In this document: one piece after another, positions 61,931-64,000 of the stretch | Position numbering within the stretch: the first letter of the stretch is position 1 | Layout: every line of letters begins with the position of its first letter | Origin: Octopus sinensis | Lineage: Eukaryota | DNA length: 64,000 nucleotides | Direction: 5' to 3' | Assembly (NCBI RefSeq): GCF_006345805.1 | Contig: NC_043002.1 | Span: 78,058,001-78,122,000, forward strand | Translations under genes and position numbers: made by a program | The notes under the pieces: model-generated | The model's database searches: none | What the model saw: only the letters and a program-made list of their open reading frames with translations | What the model was told of the DNA's origin: nothing

Positions 61931-64000
61931 TGGTGATGCCCCTGTAAAAGATCACACACACAGAGAAAAGGATGGAAAAGAAAAGAAATTTGCTAAAAAC
62001 CATGTAAAAATTGAACCTACATTCCTAAATTCATTACCAGCTGTGTAAGCATGTTCATTTAAATATGATTGCATACTAATTAGATGAGCATTAAGCAGTG
62101 TTGAATGAAATATAGTTTATATAGTTATATTTAACATGTTCATGTAAATTTGGACATGGAGTTTATTTCTTCTTTCAAGATAACTTGTGCAGCATATTGT
62201 CTTTCCATGACCAGCTGCATAAGAATATGTTAAATATGACTACATAACTAAATGTAATTGCATATATTTAACAATCTCTCCAAGTAAAACCTCCCAAGTT
62301 ATTTGTTGAAATGTTCTTTTTCTTTTTCTAAGTTCTATTTTTTGTTGATTCTGTCTCCATGAATGAAAGTAATTAAATCTTAATCAAAATTAAAGGACTT
62401 CTGATATAAATACTTTGTTCTATTTATTATTCATATAATTTATGTAGATTAATATTTTTTTGCTAATGTCTTGTTCTTCTATGATATTTTTTTTTTCTTT
62501 ATTATTGTTTTCTTGGTTTTAAAGAATGAAATTTATTGGGGAGCACATTATTATTTTTGCATATGTGAGACTTCTTTATTCATCTGTTTCTCATTCTGAA
62601 TTAATGATTTCTTTTGATATATTTCTAAATCTATATTTTCAGAGGAATTTTTATCTCTTCATTTCAGTATAATATTTTTAAGAATTGTCCCATGAGTATC
62701 TCTATCGTTTTACAACCAGTCTGATTGGATCCATCCTCGAAATGCCAACTGCATCAAATTGCAAGTGGAAGTAATTTAGTAATTTCCTCTTGAATAGATC
62801 CTTTTATTAATTAGGTCCTTCAAATGTCCCAGAAGACACTAGTAATTGACCCCCACTATGTTATTTTTGCCTTATATATAGTCTGCGTGTGAAACACTGT
62901 CTTTATAAAACTTAGAGTTAAATATTCATTCCACGTGTCTTGCTTTTTCCCATTTTTTTTCTTAACTTAACAACTTTATTTTATTTTATTCTTTAGGGAT
63001 TCATAAATTTTATGTAATATTCTTTATGTACAATGTAACTTTTTATAAAAGTAGAGGAAGTTTTTGCTTCTAAAACATTTATAGGAGGTAGATTTTATTC
63101 TCTAATTATCTGGGCATTTTTTTGCTTTTATCAGGGATAAAAAGGAAATTGATAACAGCTGTAAGTCTGTGATTATAACTAACTCACAGCTAATAGTCTA
63201 GTGAGGAGAGAAAAAAAAAACAATGCTGTTATATACTGAGCTTAATACTGAAGCCAACTACACTTTTTATCCTTTGGAGCAGATAAACCAAATATCAGCC
63301 AAAATACAGGGATCAATAAAATTGACCACACCTGCCCCATAAAAATCTAACCCTACGTCCAAGATAAAAATCATCATTAAAAAGGATTATTATTATTTTT
63401 TTGTTTTGTTTAGTGAGAGCAGACATAGCAGTGTTGGATCACATGCTTTGCATGCAGGATTTACTTACACTACTTAACATTCTAATATGTTAATTTAAGT
63501 ATATGTTTAATGTTTTTAATTTTAATGTATTATCAATTTATTTATTAATTTTCTTTTTATATTAGTTTTGTTTTTGTGATTAATAAATGGCTGATGACCA
63601 ACTTATTTAATATTACATTTATGTATTTGTTTCACATGGTTCTTGATGTGAAATCGTGTGTTGAAACAGATATTGCTATACATGGAGATGGTAATATTTT
63701 GCCAATTAAACACACACACATGCTATATATTTGATCTACAATGGAAGGAAGGTTTTTATGATACTTTGGTGATATCTCCTTCCATTATAATTATTCTGTT
63801 GATTCAAGGAGCTGGAAATACGAGCGGTGTAAATTCAATAACTGTTTATTCAGAGGTGCTTCATACAAGGGGTTTGCTTTCAGTAACCATCTTCACAGCT
63901 GTGTGTAGTTAGCCTTCTCTCCCATACACACGAGATTCAATAACCTCTGGAGACAATGCATATGGTATCACAGTGGGACAAAAGTCCACTGTGAGCTCCT

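Noticed and set aside
661-63912. Remaining short ORFs in the supplied track
   Set aside because: They are microsatellite translations (HT, YI, CV runs), SINE read-throughs or antisense frames of TEs, with no coding signature.
60415-64000. Next LASP1 exon (expected V.Y...FE nebulin continuation), including ORF 63658-63912
   Set aside because: No nebulin or SH3 motif with splice sites is seen; the ORF has no recognisable similarity.

Overview
AT-rich eukaryotic DNA, almost all intron and densely filled with repeats. I recognise the SINE/RTE repeat set as octopus-like; this is pattern recognition, not a database hit. The only host gene I can support is a LASP1-type (LIM and nebulin-repeat) gene on the + strand. 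Two coding exons are visible: 39277-39371 (95 nt, C-terminal part of the LIM domain) and 60330-60414 (85 nt, last Zn ligand plus first nebulin repeat), separated by a 20,958-bp intron. Exon 1 was not found, so the first intron is probably >39 kb. The rest is transposon debris: tRNA-headed SINEs with one head and two alternative tails, a second SINE family, RTE and CR1/L2 LINE fragments, two tandem R4/Dong-like retroelements bounded by (TAA)n, a Tc1 transposase remnant with DD36E spacing, two TTAA/CCC piggyBac-type MITE families, a hAT-type MITE and many microsatellites. The most interesting signal is a 140-bp insertion (25534-25673) with a perfect 12-bp target-site duplication that carries a minimal type I hammerhead ribozyme motif on the - strand. 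No rRNA, true tRNA or CRISPR array is supported. Nearly all ORFs in the supplied track are spurious or TE-derived. Many repeat boundaries are approximate.
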